Part shown: positions 1-10,504 of the stretch, in pieces
Layout of the letters: the number at the start of each line of letters is the position of its first letter
Position numbering within the stretch: the stretch's first letter is position 1
From: a virus
Lineage: Duplodnaviria > Caudoviricetes
IMG/VR virus record: IMGVR_UViG_3300013947_000022
Location: 96,001 to 160,000 of that record
Strand: one strand, 5' to 3'
Length of the DNA: 64,000 nucleotides
Notes under the pieces: model-generated
Told to the model about the DNA's origin: nothing
Seen by the model: only the letters and a program-made list of their open reading frames with translations
The model's database searches: none
Program-made: the position numbers and the translations under genes

Positions 1-1
1 T

Positions 2-937
2 TTAAATAAATTACAACAAAACTTTCTGCCTTTTATAAAAAGGAAAAACGGACGATTTGTTTTTGTTGGAGATTTTTTCCAAGCCATTTATAAATTTGCT
101 GCTGCGGATGCAAATTCTTTTAAAAGAATTTCTTCTTTGTTTTCTCCTATAGCGGAATTTAATTTGCCTATTTGTTATCGCTGTCCCACTTCTCATTTAA
201 CCAAAGTCAATAAAGAATTTGGAATTTCTATTCTCCCCAGAGAAAATGCGCCGACAGGAGAAATTCAAAAAATTGAAAAGGATAAAATTAGCAAGTACGT
301 TAAAGGGGGAGACCTTATAATTTCTCGTTTAAATAAGTGGTTGGCTCCTGTAATTCTCGACCTTGCTACTCATGGTATTCCTGTTTGTATTCCTGATAAA
401 GAGCTTGTAGAAAACTTGAAAAAAGTTGTAACTAAACGAGCAAAGAAATGTCCTACTACTCGTGCTTTAAGAGAATGGTTTGATAAGGATATTCGTAAAT
501 ATCAAGACAGGGTTTCTAAGATTGTTAATTCTAAAATTCTTAACGAAGAACACAAAGAAAACTTGTCTTTAAAAGAACAAGTTGAAACTGTAGCAGACAG
601 TAATTCTAAAATTGACAACATTAATTTTGTTCTTGAAATTCTTAAATATTATCAAAACAAAAATGGAAATACTTCTACCACAGATTTTCAAAAGTATTTA
701 GATAAGCTTTTAAATACTTCTCCATCTTCTAATTGTGTTACATTGAGTTCTGTGCATAAAGCAAAAGGACTTGAAGCAGATAATGTTTTTGTTTTAAATG
801 AGGGAAAAGTTTGTTTTGACCCAAGAAACAGTCCTGAACTTCAACAGCAAGAACGAAATTTAAGCTATATTTCTTTGACTCGCGCCAAGAATAAAATGTA
901 TCTTGTAAAAGAGCCAACAGCTCAAAATAAAAAGTAA
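2..937 (+). CDS. UvrD/Rep-family SF1 helicase, C-terminal part (5' end outside window)
   Basis: Frame open from base 2; motifs VGDFFQAIYKF, TLSSVHKAKGLEADNVF, ERNLSYISLTRAK. Confidence 0.9.
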   Translation, partial: LNKLQQNFLPFIKRKNGRFVFVGDFFQAIYKFAAADANSFKRISSLFSPIAEFNLPICYRCPTSHLTKVNKEFGISILPRENAPTGEIQKIEKDKISKYVKGGDLIISRLNKWLAPVILDLATHGIPVCIPDKELVENLKKVVTKRAKKCPTTRALREWFDKDIRKYQDRVSKIVNSKILNEEHKENLSLKEQVETVADSNSKIDNINFVLEILKYYQNKNGNTSTTDFQKYLDKLLNTSPSSNCVTLSSVHKAKGLEADNVFVLNEGKVCFDPRNSPELQQQERNLSYISLTRAKNKMYLVKEPTAQNKK

Positions 938-949
938 AGTGAGGATTTT

Positions 950-1258
950 ATGGTAAGAGCTATTAGAAATTTTAAGCGGAAATCTAAGCCTGAAAATAAT
1001 ACCCCTGCTAAAGAAAGTAAAAAAGAAACATCTGTTTCAGTTCTTGGCTGTGACCCACATTGTCCTTATTTCCCCAAAAGTGTAAGTCGGGTAGTTGAGT
1101 GGACATACGATGAGAAAATTCCTTGGATTAAGCGAAGGGTAAAGCCGAAGAAATTTGTATGTCAATATGATGGCTCAGTAATTCGCAGTTGGGATAAACA
1201 GCCTTGCGCTAAAAAATTAGACGAGTTAGCCACAGATAAAATAAATTCAAATAATTAA
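950..1258 (+). CDS. hypothetical protein
   Basis: 102-aa ORF with GAGGA SD. Confidence 0.7.
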   Translation: MVRAIRNFKRKSKPENNTPAKESKKETSVSVLGCDPHCPYFPKSVSRVVEWTYDEKIPWIKRRVKPKKFVCQYDGSVIRSWDKQPCAKKLDELATDKINSNN

Positions 1259-1271
1259 AGGAGATAATATA

Positions 1272-2069
1272 ATGAGCAAGAAGTATTTTTATAATCCAAC
1301 CTTTAACAATCATGACACTAATGGGGACGGATTTTATTCCTCGACTAAAAGCAAGATTGATGATTATTATAAAAAGTATCTGGCACTAAAGGAAAAGCTC
1401 AAGAACAACGACATTGATGTAGAAGATGATGAGGATGATGAGTATTCGGATGAACTTGCTGGTTGTTGGGGCGATTGTAAGGAATGCACCAATCAGCACA
1501 AGTGTCCTGCTGGGTTTCTTGATGATGATTGTAGGGATAGCGAATGGGACGTTGAATACGATGAGGAAGAATACTCTCCCATGTATGATAGCTATGAAGA
1601 GCGTCAAGTCGATTTGTTAAGTCTTCCAGTTTATTATCACATTGCATTTGCTATTCCTGCTGACTTTAGCTTTGGTAGTGAAACTGCCCGTCGTATTGAA
1701 GCTATTTATAAGCTAAAGTCAAAGCTGGAAAAGGCGGCTGATGAATATGAAGATGAGTGTGAAGACCTTGAAACAGGTTGGGTTAAGGCTGGTGATGCTG
1801 TTAAGATTGAAAATGTCTATGTAATGTTTACGACTGACAAGAAGTATCAGCGTCCTACTCTTGACAACATTCGAGAGTGTGTGCGAGCACTTGCTCAAGA
1901 TTGCTATGAAAACAAGATTCAGTTCTTGGCTATGCCTCGTATTGGTTGTGGTCATGGGCATTTGGATTGGGATGTGGTTCGTGAGCTTATCCTTGATGAG
2001 TTTGACAACTATTTTTATGATGTGGGCGAAATTGATTGGCGTCCCTATATCACGTTCTGCTATCAGTAA
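1272..2069 (+). CDS. macrodomain protein (TARG1/DarG-like) with acidic N-terminus
   Basis: C-terminal HIAFAIPADFSFG...LAMPRIGCGHGHLDWDVV; AAGGAG SD. Confidence 0.75.
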   Translation: MSKKYFYNPTFNNHDTNGDGFYSSTKSKIDDYYKKYLALKEKLKNNDIDVEDDEDDEYSDELAGCWGDCKECTNQHKCPAGFLDDDCRDSEWDVEYDEEEYSPMYDSYEERQVDLLSLPVYYHIAFAIPADFSFGSETARRIEAIYKLKSKLEKAADEYEDECEDLETGWVKAGDAVKIENVYVMFTTDKKYQRPTLDNIRECVRALAQDCYENKIQFLAMPRIGCGHGHLDWDVVRELILDEFDNYFYDVGEIDWRPYITFCYQ

Positions 2070-2175
2070 ATAAACTAACAAGTAAAAAATAAAAACCTAT
2101 TGACAAAACAAGTGAGGTATGGTATTATTCTATCATACCTCATTTGAGTTTTTATTGAGAGGAGATTTTTTCTTT

Positions 2176-3441
2176 ATGGAAAAGACACCTGTTTATTTGA
2201 TTATGACTACAGCAGAAAACAATAATAAATATTATAATTGTTTCCCAAATTCTGATGGAACTTTTACTGTCAAATATGGTCGAGTTGGTGGACATGAAAG
2301 CACCACTACTTATCCCATGTCCAAGTGGGATTCTCAAATTAACTCTAAGCTTAAAAAGGGTTATGTTTCTCAGACTCACCTTATGACAGATGTGATTGAA
2401 AATTCTAAAGAAGAAGAGTCCACAGAGGGGAAAGATAAGTTTTCAATTATTGAAAATAAGTCTGTACGAGACATTATTAAACGTCTGTATGACTTTGCAA
2501 ACAAGGTTGTCCAGTCTGCATATAAGGTAAAGTCTTCCGTTGTTACTCAAGCCATGATTGATGAAGCTCAGAGCTTAATTGATAATCTTGCTCTTAATTA
2601 TGAGAATATGGATTATAATCAGTTTAATAAAAAGCTTCTGGAAATTTTCATGGTTATTCCTCGTAAGATGAGCAACGTAAGTGATTATCTTATTTATAAA
2701 AACGATTTTGATTCTTTTAAGTCTATTATCGACCGTGAACAGAGCACTCTTGATGCTATGGCTGGTCAGGTTTATAAGCCTGTAAAGATTGAAAAGAAAG
2801 ATGCTGATAGTGATACCAGTGATAATGAAATTTCTATTCTTGATGAAATGGGTATTACTATGGAAGATGCTACTGCGGAAGATGTAGCTAAAATTAAGAA
2901 AGCAATGGGTGATTCAGCAGATAAGTTTTATCGAGCTTGGCGTGTAACAAATAAAGCCACAGAAGAAGCCTATCATAAATTTGTTGATGCAAATAATATT
3001 GGGAATCGTAAACTTTTGTGTCATGGTAGCCGAAATCAAAACTGGTTTGGTATTCTTAAGATGGGATTACGTTGGAAATTGTCTAACGTAATTACTAATG
3101 GCAGTATGTTCGGAAGCAAAGCCATATATTTTAGCAACCCAGATAAGTTCCACGGTGGGGTTCGTAAGTCTATTGGCTACACTTCTCTTGGTGGTTATTG
3201 GACTCGTGAACAGCAAAATTGTGGTTTTCTTGCTTTCTTTGAGGTTGCTTTGGGAGATAGCTATGATGCTTATCAATTTAGTAGCCAATATTATGATATG
3301 GATTTAAAGAAGCTTAAGTCTTTAAAACCTAATGCATGGCATCTTTGGGCGCATGGAAATACAAGTATGCTTAAAAATGATGAGCTTATTGTATATTCTA
3401 TGGAACAAATGACAATTCGTTATTTGGTGGAAATTCGATAA
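2176..3441 (+). CDS. WGR-domain PARP-like ADP-ribosyltransferase
   Basis: N-terminal NNNKYY...KYGRVG (WGR); catalytic LLCHGS, GSMFGSKAIYF, KSIGY, NDELIVY (H-Y-E triad). Confidence 0.88.
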   Translation: MEKTPVYLIMTTAENNNKYYNCFPNSDGTFTVKYGRVGGHESTTTYPMSKWDSQINSKLKKGYVSQTHLMTDVIENSKEEESTEGKDKFSIIENKSVRDIIKRLYDFANKVVQSAYKVKSSVVTQAMIDEAQSLIDNLALNYENMDYNQFNKKLLEIFMVIPRKMSNVSDYLIYKNDFDSFKSIIDREQSTLDAMAGQVYKPVKIEKKDADSDTSDNEISILDEMGITMEDATAEDVAKIKKAMGDSADKFYRAWRVTNKATEEAYHKFVDANNIGNRKLLCHGSRNQNWFGILKMGLRWKLSNVITNGSMFGSKAIYFSNPDKFHGGVRKSIGYTSLGGYWTREQQNCGFLAFFEVALGDSYDAYQFSSQYYDMDLKKLKSLKPNAWHLWAHGNTSMLKNDELIVYSMEQMTIRYLVEIR

Positions 3442-3479
3442 AGTAAATAAAAACAATCTTTTATAATGAGGTAAAATAT

Positions 3480-3914
3480 ATGCCTGTTAATCTTATCGCT
3501 CATAACGCAGAATTCTTTTCTCTCCCCTCTGATTTTCTTCCGATTTCTACTCAGATTGTTAATTCAATCAAGGGGAATTATGTAGACTATTGTTATTCTG
3601 AAACCATGCTTCGAGAAGTAATCAAGAAAGCAAAGGAACAGAAAGTTAGTCTGGTTTATGAAAAAGTCCTTGACAAATATGGAGATTTGGATTATATTAT
3701 TGTTAGTCGAGGGCATTTCTTTAATACTCAAACCAATGAAAAGGTCAGAGAACCAATGCAACTGGATAAAAACAATCTGCCTTTTGGGATTGTAATTCGA
3801 CATAATGCTCCAAAGGCTTATAATGATGGAGTAAAGAAAGAGCCTAAGAGAAAAATTAAGAGAGAAGCGACTAAGAATTTCTTTGAGGGGAGAACAGGTG
3901 TTTTTCAAATCTAA
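3480..3914 (+). CDS. hypothetical protein
   Basis: ORF with GAGGT SD. Confidence 0.7.
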   Translation: MPVNLIAHNAEFFSLPSDFLPISTQIVNSIKGNYVDYCYSETMLREVIKKAKEQKVSLVYEKVLDKYGDLDYIIVSRGHFFNTQTNEKVREPMQLDKNNLPFGIVIRHNAPKAYNDGVKKEPKRKIKREATKNFFEGRTGVFQI

Positions 3915-3962
3915 ATTTTAAAAATCAATCCTGTAAACAATTTTAGAAAGGACTCCAACAAA

Positions 3963-4826
3963 ATGAACAAGATTACTAAGAAACTGATTGCCAAGTACAA
4001 TATGTACGCAACGAAAAGTGGCTGGGTAAAATATCAGTTTGGTAAAGTCCATATCATTTTCGCAATTATCACAGCACTTGCTTTCGGTTTTTGTTTTGGT
4101 ATGGATGTTGAACGTCAAACCATTCCAGAACTTCTACAAGCAGAATATGATAAGGCAGTAAATGAAACTGCCCTCTACTATTCTGATGCTATTGAAGAAT
4201 ATACTGAAATTCTTCATCATTATTCTGGCTATATTTCTTCTGCAAACTCGGTTGAAAAGAAGTACCTGCGTTACATGACTAAGAGTGCTCTTTATGCAGA
4301 AATTGACCGAGTAGATAGTTTCATGCAAAGTTTCGAAGAATTTGGAGCTGCTGAGAATCCTCTTTATGGAGAACTTGAAAATTATAAAGAAGAAATTCAG
4401 AAGACTATTGATTCTGGGCGTTATCTTTATCCTTATACCGATTGGGATTATGAAATGCTTGCATTTTGCATTTGGCATGAAGCGGGTTCATCTTTCATTT
4501 CTATGGAAGAAAAAATGGATGTGGGATGTGTCGTTCTAAATCGTCAAATGCAAGGCGGTATTGGCAAGCAAATGATTGACCCCTCTATTGAAGATATTAT
4601 TAACGAAGGAAAAAATGGAGGGATTATTCAATACCCTTATTCTACCACCGAGTATTATTCCGTAACCATTCCTGATGAGTGCTATGAAGCGGCAAGACGT
4701 GTTCTTGAACGAGAAGTGGTCGCTCCTCGCAATGTATTATATCAGGCAACATTCCCACAAGGCGAAATTTATCACTCTTATTATCATCCTGAGCTTGGCA
4801 ACACCACTTATATTTGCTATGAATGA
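3963..4826 (+). CDS. membrane-anchored SleB-like cell wall hydrolase
   Basis: N-terminal TM segment; LAFCIWHEAG...VGCVVLNR Hydrolase_2-type motif. Confidence 0.72.
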   Translation: MNKITKKLIAKYNMYATKSGWVKYQFGKVHIIFAIITALAFGFCFGMDVERQTIPELLQAEYDKAVNETALYYSDAIEEYTEILHHYSGYISSANSVEKKYLRYMTKSALYAEIDRVDSFMQSFEEFGAAENPLYGELENYKEEIQKTIDSGRYLYPYTDWDYEMLAFCIWHEAGSSFISMEEKMDVGCVVLNRQMQGGIGKQMIDPSIEDIINEGKNGGIIQYPYSTTEYYSVTIPDECYEAARRVLEREVVAPRNVLYQATFPQGEIYHSYYHPELGNTTYICYE

Positions 4827-5580
4827 GGTAAATTAAAATGAATTTGATTAAAGATTATTATATTGTTACAGTAGAAATCAAAGACCCTGACCGTCCTACT
4901 CATTGGGATAGAACTATTCTTGATGGCAAGCTTTGTGTATTTCTTCATGAAATTATGACGGGAGAACATTTCTTTTTCTGCGCAAATTATGGTGCGGAAG
5001 ATTATCCTGATTGGCACACTATTGCCACAACTCGTGTAGAATCTTTTAACGTTGATGGGAATGGGGAAGAAGTAAATTCTGTAACAGTAGAAACCAAAAA
5101 TACTATTTATCATTTTACAAGATTGGAGATTTAATATGCTTAATTTTAATAACAAAGATGTATGTCCTTGCCTAACTTGTGAGCATAACAATGTTTGTAT
5201 GTATAGAGAAAAGTTCACTCTATATTATGACAAGGTAAATAGCGAAAACAGAGATAACAATATTCCCGAATGTGCAACGCTTTCGGTTTCTTGTAAGTAT
5301 GCTCGTTATAGCACTATTACAGCCAATTGTCGTGGTTCTAATGTGATTCAGGCTATTACTGATACTGTTCCTTGTAAGGCAGAAAGAAATCTTGACGGAA
5401 TAGCTTTTAATCGTAAAGATGTAATTTCATCTCCTACCACAACAGGAACTCCCTATACTATTGACACAAGCTCACAGTGCAAGATTTCTTAAATTAAAAA
5501 GTAAAAAATAAAAAACAAAAATGGCAAAAAAGGCTTGACAATCTCAAGTCTTTTTGCTATAATAACACTATAAAATCCAA

Positions 5581-6231
5581 ATGAAATGTAGGTTTTATTT
5601 TGTGACTGAAAATGAACTGATTTCTACGTCAATTAATCTCTATGAATGGGGTTCGAGAGTTTATCAAACCTCTACTGATTCTTCTGATTGGGATTATATT
5701 GCAATTGTTCCAGATGATTTCCCTAAAGAGCCAGACCAATATGAGTTTGAAAACCATACATATAATATTGAACATGAATCAGAATGGCTTGCAAAACTTC
5801 AAAGAAATTCAGTGGAAGCCTTAGAATGTATTTCTCTTCCTTCTCAGTTCATTATTAAGAAAAGGAAATCATATCCTTTCATTTTTATCCCAGATTGTGC
5901 TCATGCTGCAATTTCTGAACGAGCGTCTATTGCTTGGGTTAAAGGAAAGAAAAAACTTACTATTGAAAAAGATTTTGATTGGCGTGGCGGAAAGAAATCT
6001 ATTTGGCATTCTCTAAGACTTTATCTCTTTGGAATCCAATGCGCTCAATATGGTTTAATTGTTGATTTTACTGAGGCAAATAAATATTACACAGATATTG
6101 TCGTAAAGAAACATGGAGACACAGGTAGAGATGAATGGGAATATCTAAAGAAAACCTACCATCCGCTCAATAATTATTTACACTCTAAAATGAAAACTGA
6201 ATTTGGAACGCATAAATGTATTGTGAGGTAA
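5581..6231 (+). CDS. pol-beta superfamily nucleotidyltransferase (start may be GTG 5602)
   Basis: YEWGSRVY...SDWDYIAIV (GS...DxD). Confidence 0.75.
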   Translation: MKCRFYFVTENELISTSINLYEWGSRVYQTSTDSSDWDYIAIVPDDFPKEPDQYEFENHTYNIEHESEWLAKLQRNSVEALECISLPSQFIIKKRKSYPFIFIPDCAHAAISERASIAWVKGKKKLTIEKDFDWRGGKKSIWHSLRLYLFGIQCAQYGLIVDFTEANKYYTDIVVKKHGDTGRDEWEYLKKTYHPLNNYLHSKMKTEFGTHKCIVR

Positions 6232-6392
6232 ATTAATATGACTAATGAACGTGCTGCTCAAGTGCTTATCGCCGCATATTCTTTTATAGTTAATCAATGT
6301 GATAATCAATTCACAAACAGTTATGAAATTGCTTGCTCTAAAGCTGTAGGACTGCTTATGAATGCTCCTGATATTATTGGGGAAATAGAACA

Positions 6393-6977
6393 ATGAACTT
6401 TTTTCAGAAATTTTTTGGGCATTTAAAGACAGTAACAAAACATCGTTGGTGGGTTTGTTATTATTGTTTTAAAGCTGGTATTCCGTGGCAAGGGCTTGTT
6501 CACGATTTAAGTAAATTTTCTCCCGTGGAATTTTGGGAATCTGTTAAGTATTATCAAGGTTTTCGTAGTCCCATTGATTATTGTAAAGAAGTTAATGGGT
6601 GGTCTAAGGCTTGGATGCATCACAAAGGCAGAAATAAACATCATTATGAATTTTGGCAGGATAATTTTGACTTTGGTTGCAAGCCTATTCAAATGCCCTA
6701 TAAATATGCTCTTGAATTAATTTGTGATTTTCTTGGGGCTGGCAGGGCTTATAATGGTAAGGATTTTTCTCCCGAAAATGAATATAAATGGTGGCTTAAA
6801 AAGAAAGACCGCGGCCTTAAAATGCATCCTCAAACACTTGAGTTTGTTAATTTGATGATGGAAGATTTTCTTAATTCTGGATTTATTAATACACTTGTTC
6901 GAGCAGAGGAGTATTATAATTTTGCGGCTGTCCGCACACATTCTAAAGATTCGAAATGGAGAGAAACAAATGAGTGA
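6393..6977 (+). CDS. DUF5662-like HD-related protein
   Basis: HDLSKFSPVEF, WMHHKGRNKHHYEFW, MPYKYALELICD. Confidence 0.75.
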   Translation: MNFFQKFFGHLKTVTKHRWWVCYYCFKAGIPWQGLVHDLSKFSPVEFWESVKYYQGFRSPIDYCKEVNGWSKAWMHHKGRNKHHYEFWQDNFDFGCKPIQMPYKYALELICDFLGAGRAYNGKDFSPENEYKWWLKKKDRGLKMHPQTLEFVNLMMEDFLNSGFINTLVRAEEYYNFAAVRTHSKDSKWRETNE

Positions 6978-7461
6978 TAAGGTTTATGAATTTAATTCTT
7001 CTAATGCCGTAGGGTAGCTACGGGAAATTGCCATAACTAAATGGCTTGAAAGTAGAGAAGATGTATTAAATGTAGAAGATGTATCTGGGGACAAGTTTTT
7101 CCAAAATTTAGACATTGACCTCATTGTAAATAAAACTAATGGGACATCTTATACTGTCGAAATAAAAACAGATACTTATGTTACTGGTAATCTATTTTTC
7201 GAGGTTATCAGTAATGAACAGCGTCAAACTGAACGGTGTCTTATGAAGTCTGATGCTCAATTTTTGTTCTATTACTTCTTAAAGACTAAGACTTTGTATA
7301 TTCTTAACATGAAAAAATTCAGGCAGTTTGTTTTAGACCGAACGGATACATTAAAAGAGAAAAGGGTGAAGAATAAGCTTTTTACAAGCCGAGGATTTCT
7401 TGTACCTTTGTCTCTTATTGAAGCTGAAATGAAGCCTCTGAAAAAAATCCAATTAAATTGA
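6970..7461 (+). CDS. PD-(D/E)XK nuclease-like protein; needs TAG(7015) read as sense
   Basis: ATG overlaps upstream stop; single in-frame TAG; DIDL...VEIKTD motif lies after the TAG. Confidence 0.72.
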
Positions 7462-7531
7462 TAAAAACCTCTTGACAAGTAGAAAAGGCTACGCTATAAT
7501 AGGTACATAAAGTTAAGAGAGGAAAACAAAA

Positions 7532-7969
7532 ATGAACTTTGATTTCATGATTAGTATTATTGCAGTATTGGCATTAATTGTAACCATGCTTAGTTTTGTC
7601 CCTGCTTTTTGCTCGCGTATGGATGAGAGTGGTTACACAAGTAAAAACATAATTAAAATGTTTATTAGTTGTTTTGCTTTTGCTGTTATCGGTGCCATTG
7701 CTATTTCTTATCCTTTAATCAATGCCACTAACAACACTATTCAGTCTCCCACAAAGTATGTTGGAGCAGAAATTGTAGCTCGTGGAACTGATGGAGCATA
7801 TATTTTTCAGGAAATGGAATATGACACAGGCGAAACTTATAGATATATTTCAAATTCTTATCTGGTTTATGATGCAGTTTATCTTCTAACTGTTGACAAG
7901 AAAACCAATGAAGTTCTTGTAGTTTGGAAGACCGTAGATAATGGACCGCGAATTGAAGCGGTAGGATAA
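7532..7969 (+). CDS. membrane protein
   Basis: Two hydrophobic segments; own TTGACA/TATAAT promoter. Confidence 0.7.
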   Translation: MNFDFMISIIAVLALIVTMLSFVPAFCSRMDESGYTSKNIIKMFISCFAFAVIGAIAISYPLINATNNTIQSPTKYVGAEIVARGTDGAYIFQEMEYDTGETYRYISNSYLVYDAVYLLTVDKKTNEVLVVWKTVDNGPRIEAVG

Positions 7970-8098
7970 AAATATACTTTTATTTGGCTTACAACAACTC
8001 CTTTTTGTTGTGATGTGGTGGAGCTTTGCTCGGTTAGCGCGTGACTTCTCTATGGAGACACCACGGGATAGCATCATGCGTGGTGCTATCCCAAATAT

Positions 8099-8174
8099 GC
8101 AGGATTAGTGTTAGTGGTTAGCACGGGACTCTTCCAAAGTTCAAGCGCCAGTTCGAATCTGGTATCTTGCTCCA
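8099..8174 (+). tRNA. tRNA-Gly(TCC)
   Basis: GCAGGAT/ATCTTGC acceptor, loop CTTCCAA, TTCGAAT T-loop, encoded CCA. Confidence 0.95.
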
Positions 8175-8207
8175 TTTAATTTTAAAATTTAAGGAGATAT
8201 TATAAAT

Positions 8208-8654
8208 ATGGATGTTACTCAGATTGTAACAATGGTAATTGGTCTATGCGTGGCTCTTTGTACCGTCTTTATCATTCCAAATCTTCGTAAGAAGTATGGT
8301 CAGGATAAGATTAACGAAGCACTTGCTACAATGGAAACCTATATGTCTATTGCTAAGATTGCTGTCAACGCTGCCGAACAGATGGGTCTTACTATGGGCT
8401 GGGACGGTCAGAAGAAGCTACAGGAAGCTATGGATTACGCTGAGAAGAAGCTTGCAGAAATGGGTATTACTTATGACGAAGCTACTCTACGCAAGGAGAT
8501 TGAAGCTGCTGTCTATGAGATTAGTGGCGCTCTAAAGGGTGATACTAAGAAGAATACTACGGAGTATGTAACTTCTGGTTATATTCAGGCTGTTATGGAT
8601 AGCAATACAGATGCTCCTACGGCAACTGTAACTACTACTGCTACAAGTAAGTAA
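8208..8654 (+). CDS. phage holin, LL-H family
   Basis: N-terminal TM; IAKIAVNAAEQ...GQKKLQEA...IEAAV pattern. Confidence 0.8.
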   Translation: MDVTQIVTMVIGLCVALCTVFIIPNLRKKYGQDKINEALATMETYMSIAKIAVNAAEQMGLTMGWDGQKKLQEAMDYAEKKLAEMGITYDEATLRKEIEAAVYEISGALKGDTKKNTTEYVTSGYIQAVMDSNTDAPTATVTTTATSK

Positions 8655-8777
8655 TTTATAATTATATTTTTAAATGGTTTATATCTATAAAATAATTAAT
8701 GACATAAATGATAAAATTTATGTAGGTAAAACTGAATTTTCTATTGAAAAGCGTTTCAAGTAGCGAGGTTGATAAAA

Positions 8778-9050
8778 ATGACTGATGTAAAATTTTTTGA
8801 ATTTAGCAAGAACGCTGTCCGTGATTATGTAATTAATCATCTGGATAAGTCTGATACTACACCTGATTTTGATGTGTATATTGTATGGTATTGTAAGACT
8901 TTGCAGAATTGGAAGGCTCTTCTTTCTACCACTCTATTTGATGGAATGTACTACGAATTTACTCTCAATGGAGATAAGGACGAGGCATATCTTGATGCTT
9001 ATAAGAAGTGGGACAATAATTGCATCAAGATTCCAGAGGTATACCTATAA
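8778..9050 (+). CDS. DUF6275-like phage protein
   Basis: VYIVWYCKTLQNWKALLST...GMYYEFTLNGDKDEAYLDAYKK. Confidence 0.8.
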   Translation: MTDVKFFEFSKNAVRDYVINHLDKSDTTPDFDVYIVWYCKTLQNWKALLSTTLFDGMYYEFTLNGDKDEAYLDAYKKWDNNCIKIPEVYL

Positions 9051-9231
9051 TGAATGTCATTATTCCTTTTGTTCTTGGAATGTGGGTTATGTTTGTCATT
9101 GACTATATCCACAGCATGAATAAAAAGTAATCCAAAGTTTTTTCAAAAAAGCTTTAAAAAAGTCTTGACAAACAGAAATGTTTGTAGTAATATAAAGACG
9201 AGCTCGAAAGAGCGCAACATGAGTTATCTCT

Positions 9232-9360
9232 TCGACTCTAACAGCAATTTTTCATAATATTCTAACAAAAGAAGCAAACTATGGTTCGATTCCACAATCC
9301 TTTCCCTGAGAGGATTAGTCAAGTGGATAAGACGGCTTCATGAATTATTAATGAGTCGAG
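9232..9360 (+). ncRNA. Y-RNA-like ncRNA 1 with circularly permuted tRNA domain
   Basis: TCGACTC/GAGTCGA stem + ACAGCAA; inside GAAGC, T arm TGG-TTCGATT-CCA, closed acceptor ATCCTTTC/GAGAGGAT, D arm GTC-AAGTGGATAA-GAC, GCTTC. Confidence 0.8.
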
Positions 9361-9614
9361 AACAAAAACAAAAAAAGTTAAAAGCCTCTTGACAAATGAA
9401 AATCAAGATGGTATAATGAGCACATAAAGAAATAAAAAACTTGTTTTATTTAGCAAGAGTGATTCTTTTAGTTCCCTAAAACGTGGTATGCCAATCACAT
9501 TCAATCTTGCTATCTAAATAGGTAGAAGAACCTACTGCGTTTCTTGTTAGTACGCTCCTATTCTGAGCTGGAACACTTGAAAACCAGTAGAGTTCCTAAA
9601 CCGAAATTCCATTT

Positions 9615-9736
9615 GCGCCTGTAACTCAGTGGTAGAGTAGCGGCCTTGGATAATAGCGTTTAGGCTTTAGCAAGTGCGAGACTTGCATTATCCCTTAAGC
9701 CGTCTGTCATGGGTTCGAATCCCATCAGGCGCACCA
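9615..9736 (+). tRNA. tRNA-Lys(TTT, or CTT in an alternative register) interrupted in the anticodon loop by a mini-tRNA (9648-9694)
   Basis: GCGCCTG/CAGGCGC acceptor, GCGGC/GCCGT anticodon stem, TTCGAAT, ACCA; removing the insert gives loop CT-TTT-AA. Confidence 0.85.
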
Positions 9737-9762
9737 ATAGTAGTTTTGTAATTTTGGTCTAT

Positions 9763-9825
9763 TCGACACTCACAGTAATTTTTAACACATATAATTGGAT
9801 TTGTATTTGTAAAAATAGTGTCGAG
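9763..9825 (+). ncRNA. Y-RNA-like ncRNA 2 (short)
   Basis: TCGACAC/GTGTCGA stem, ACAGTAA variant. Confidence 0.65.
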
Positions 9826-9853
9826 TATAATTAACAAAGAAAGGACAACAACT

Positions 9854-10504
9854 ATGTTAAAGCCAGAAGAAAAAATCATTCTTGACCTTTGTGGCGGTAC
9901 TGGTTCATGGTCTCGTCCTTGGCAGTTAAATGGGTATGATGTTCGTATCATTACTCTTCCTGAATATGATGTAAGGACTTTTAATCCTCCTGAGAATGTT
10001 TGGGGCATTCTTGCTGCTCCACCTTGCACAGAATTTAGCAATCTAAACTGTATCGCTGAGAATCGTCATCGTGACTTTGATGCTGGTATGGAAATTGTTA
10101 ATGCGTGTTTGCGTATTATCAAAGAGTGTAATCCTGTTTGGTGGGCTTTGGAAAACCCTCGTGGACATTTGCGTGATTTCCTCGGAACTCCTACTATGAC
10201 TTTCCAGCCTTGGGAATATGGAGACCCTTGGACTAAGGCTACGGATATTTGGGGTACTTTTAATATTCCTCCAAAAAAGTATTCTCGTTGGGAAGATGTG
10301 CCTAATAAGATTCCTCTGTATACTCGCAAGGGTAGAAACAAGCCCAATTTTGCTTTTCTTCATAAGTCTGCTTGGAAGAATATTCCTCAACTTAGTTGGC
10401 ATCATCAACCTGAAACAGATGCGGAATTTAGAGCAATGACTCCTCCTGCATTTGCATGGGCATTCTATGAAGCTAATAAACTGAAAGTTTATGAGGGTAA
10501 TTAA
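9854..10504 (+). CDS. short C5-cytosine DNA methyltransferase-like protein
   Basis: LDLCGGTG, AAPPCTEFS, WALENP motifs. Confidence 0.8.
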   Translation: MLKPEEKIILDLCGGTGSWSRPWQLNGYDVRIITLPEYDVRTFNPPENVWGILAAPPCTEFSNLNCIAENRHRDFDAGMEIVNACLRIIKECNPVWWALENPRGHLRDFLGTPTMTFQPWEYGDPWTKATDIWGTFNIPPKKYSRWEDVPNKIPLYTRKGRNKPNFAFLHKSAWKNIPQLSWHHQPETDAEFRAMTPPAFAWAFYEANKLKVYEGN

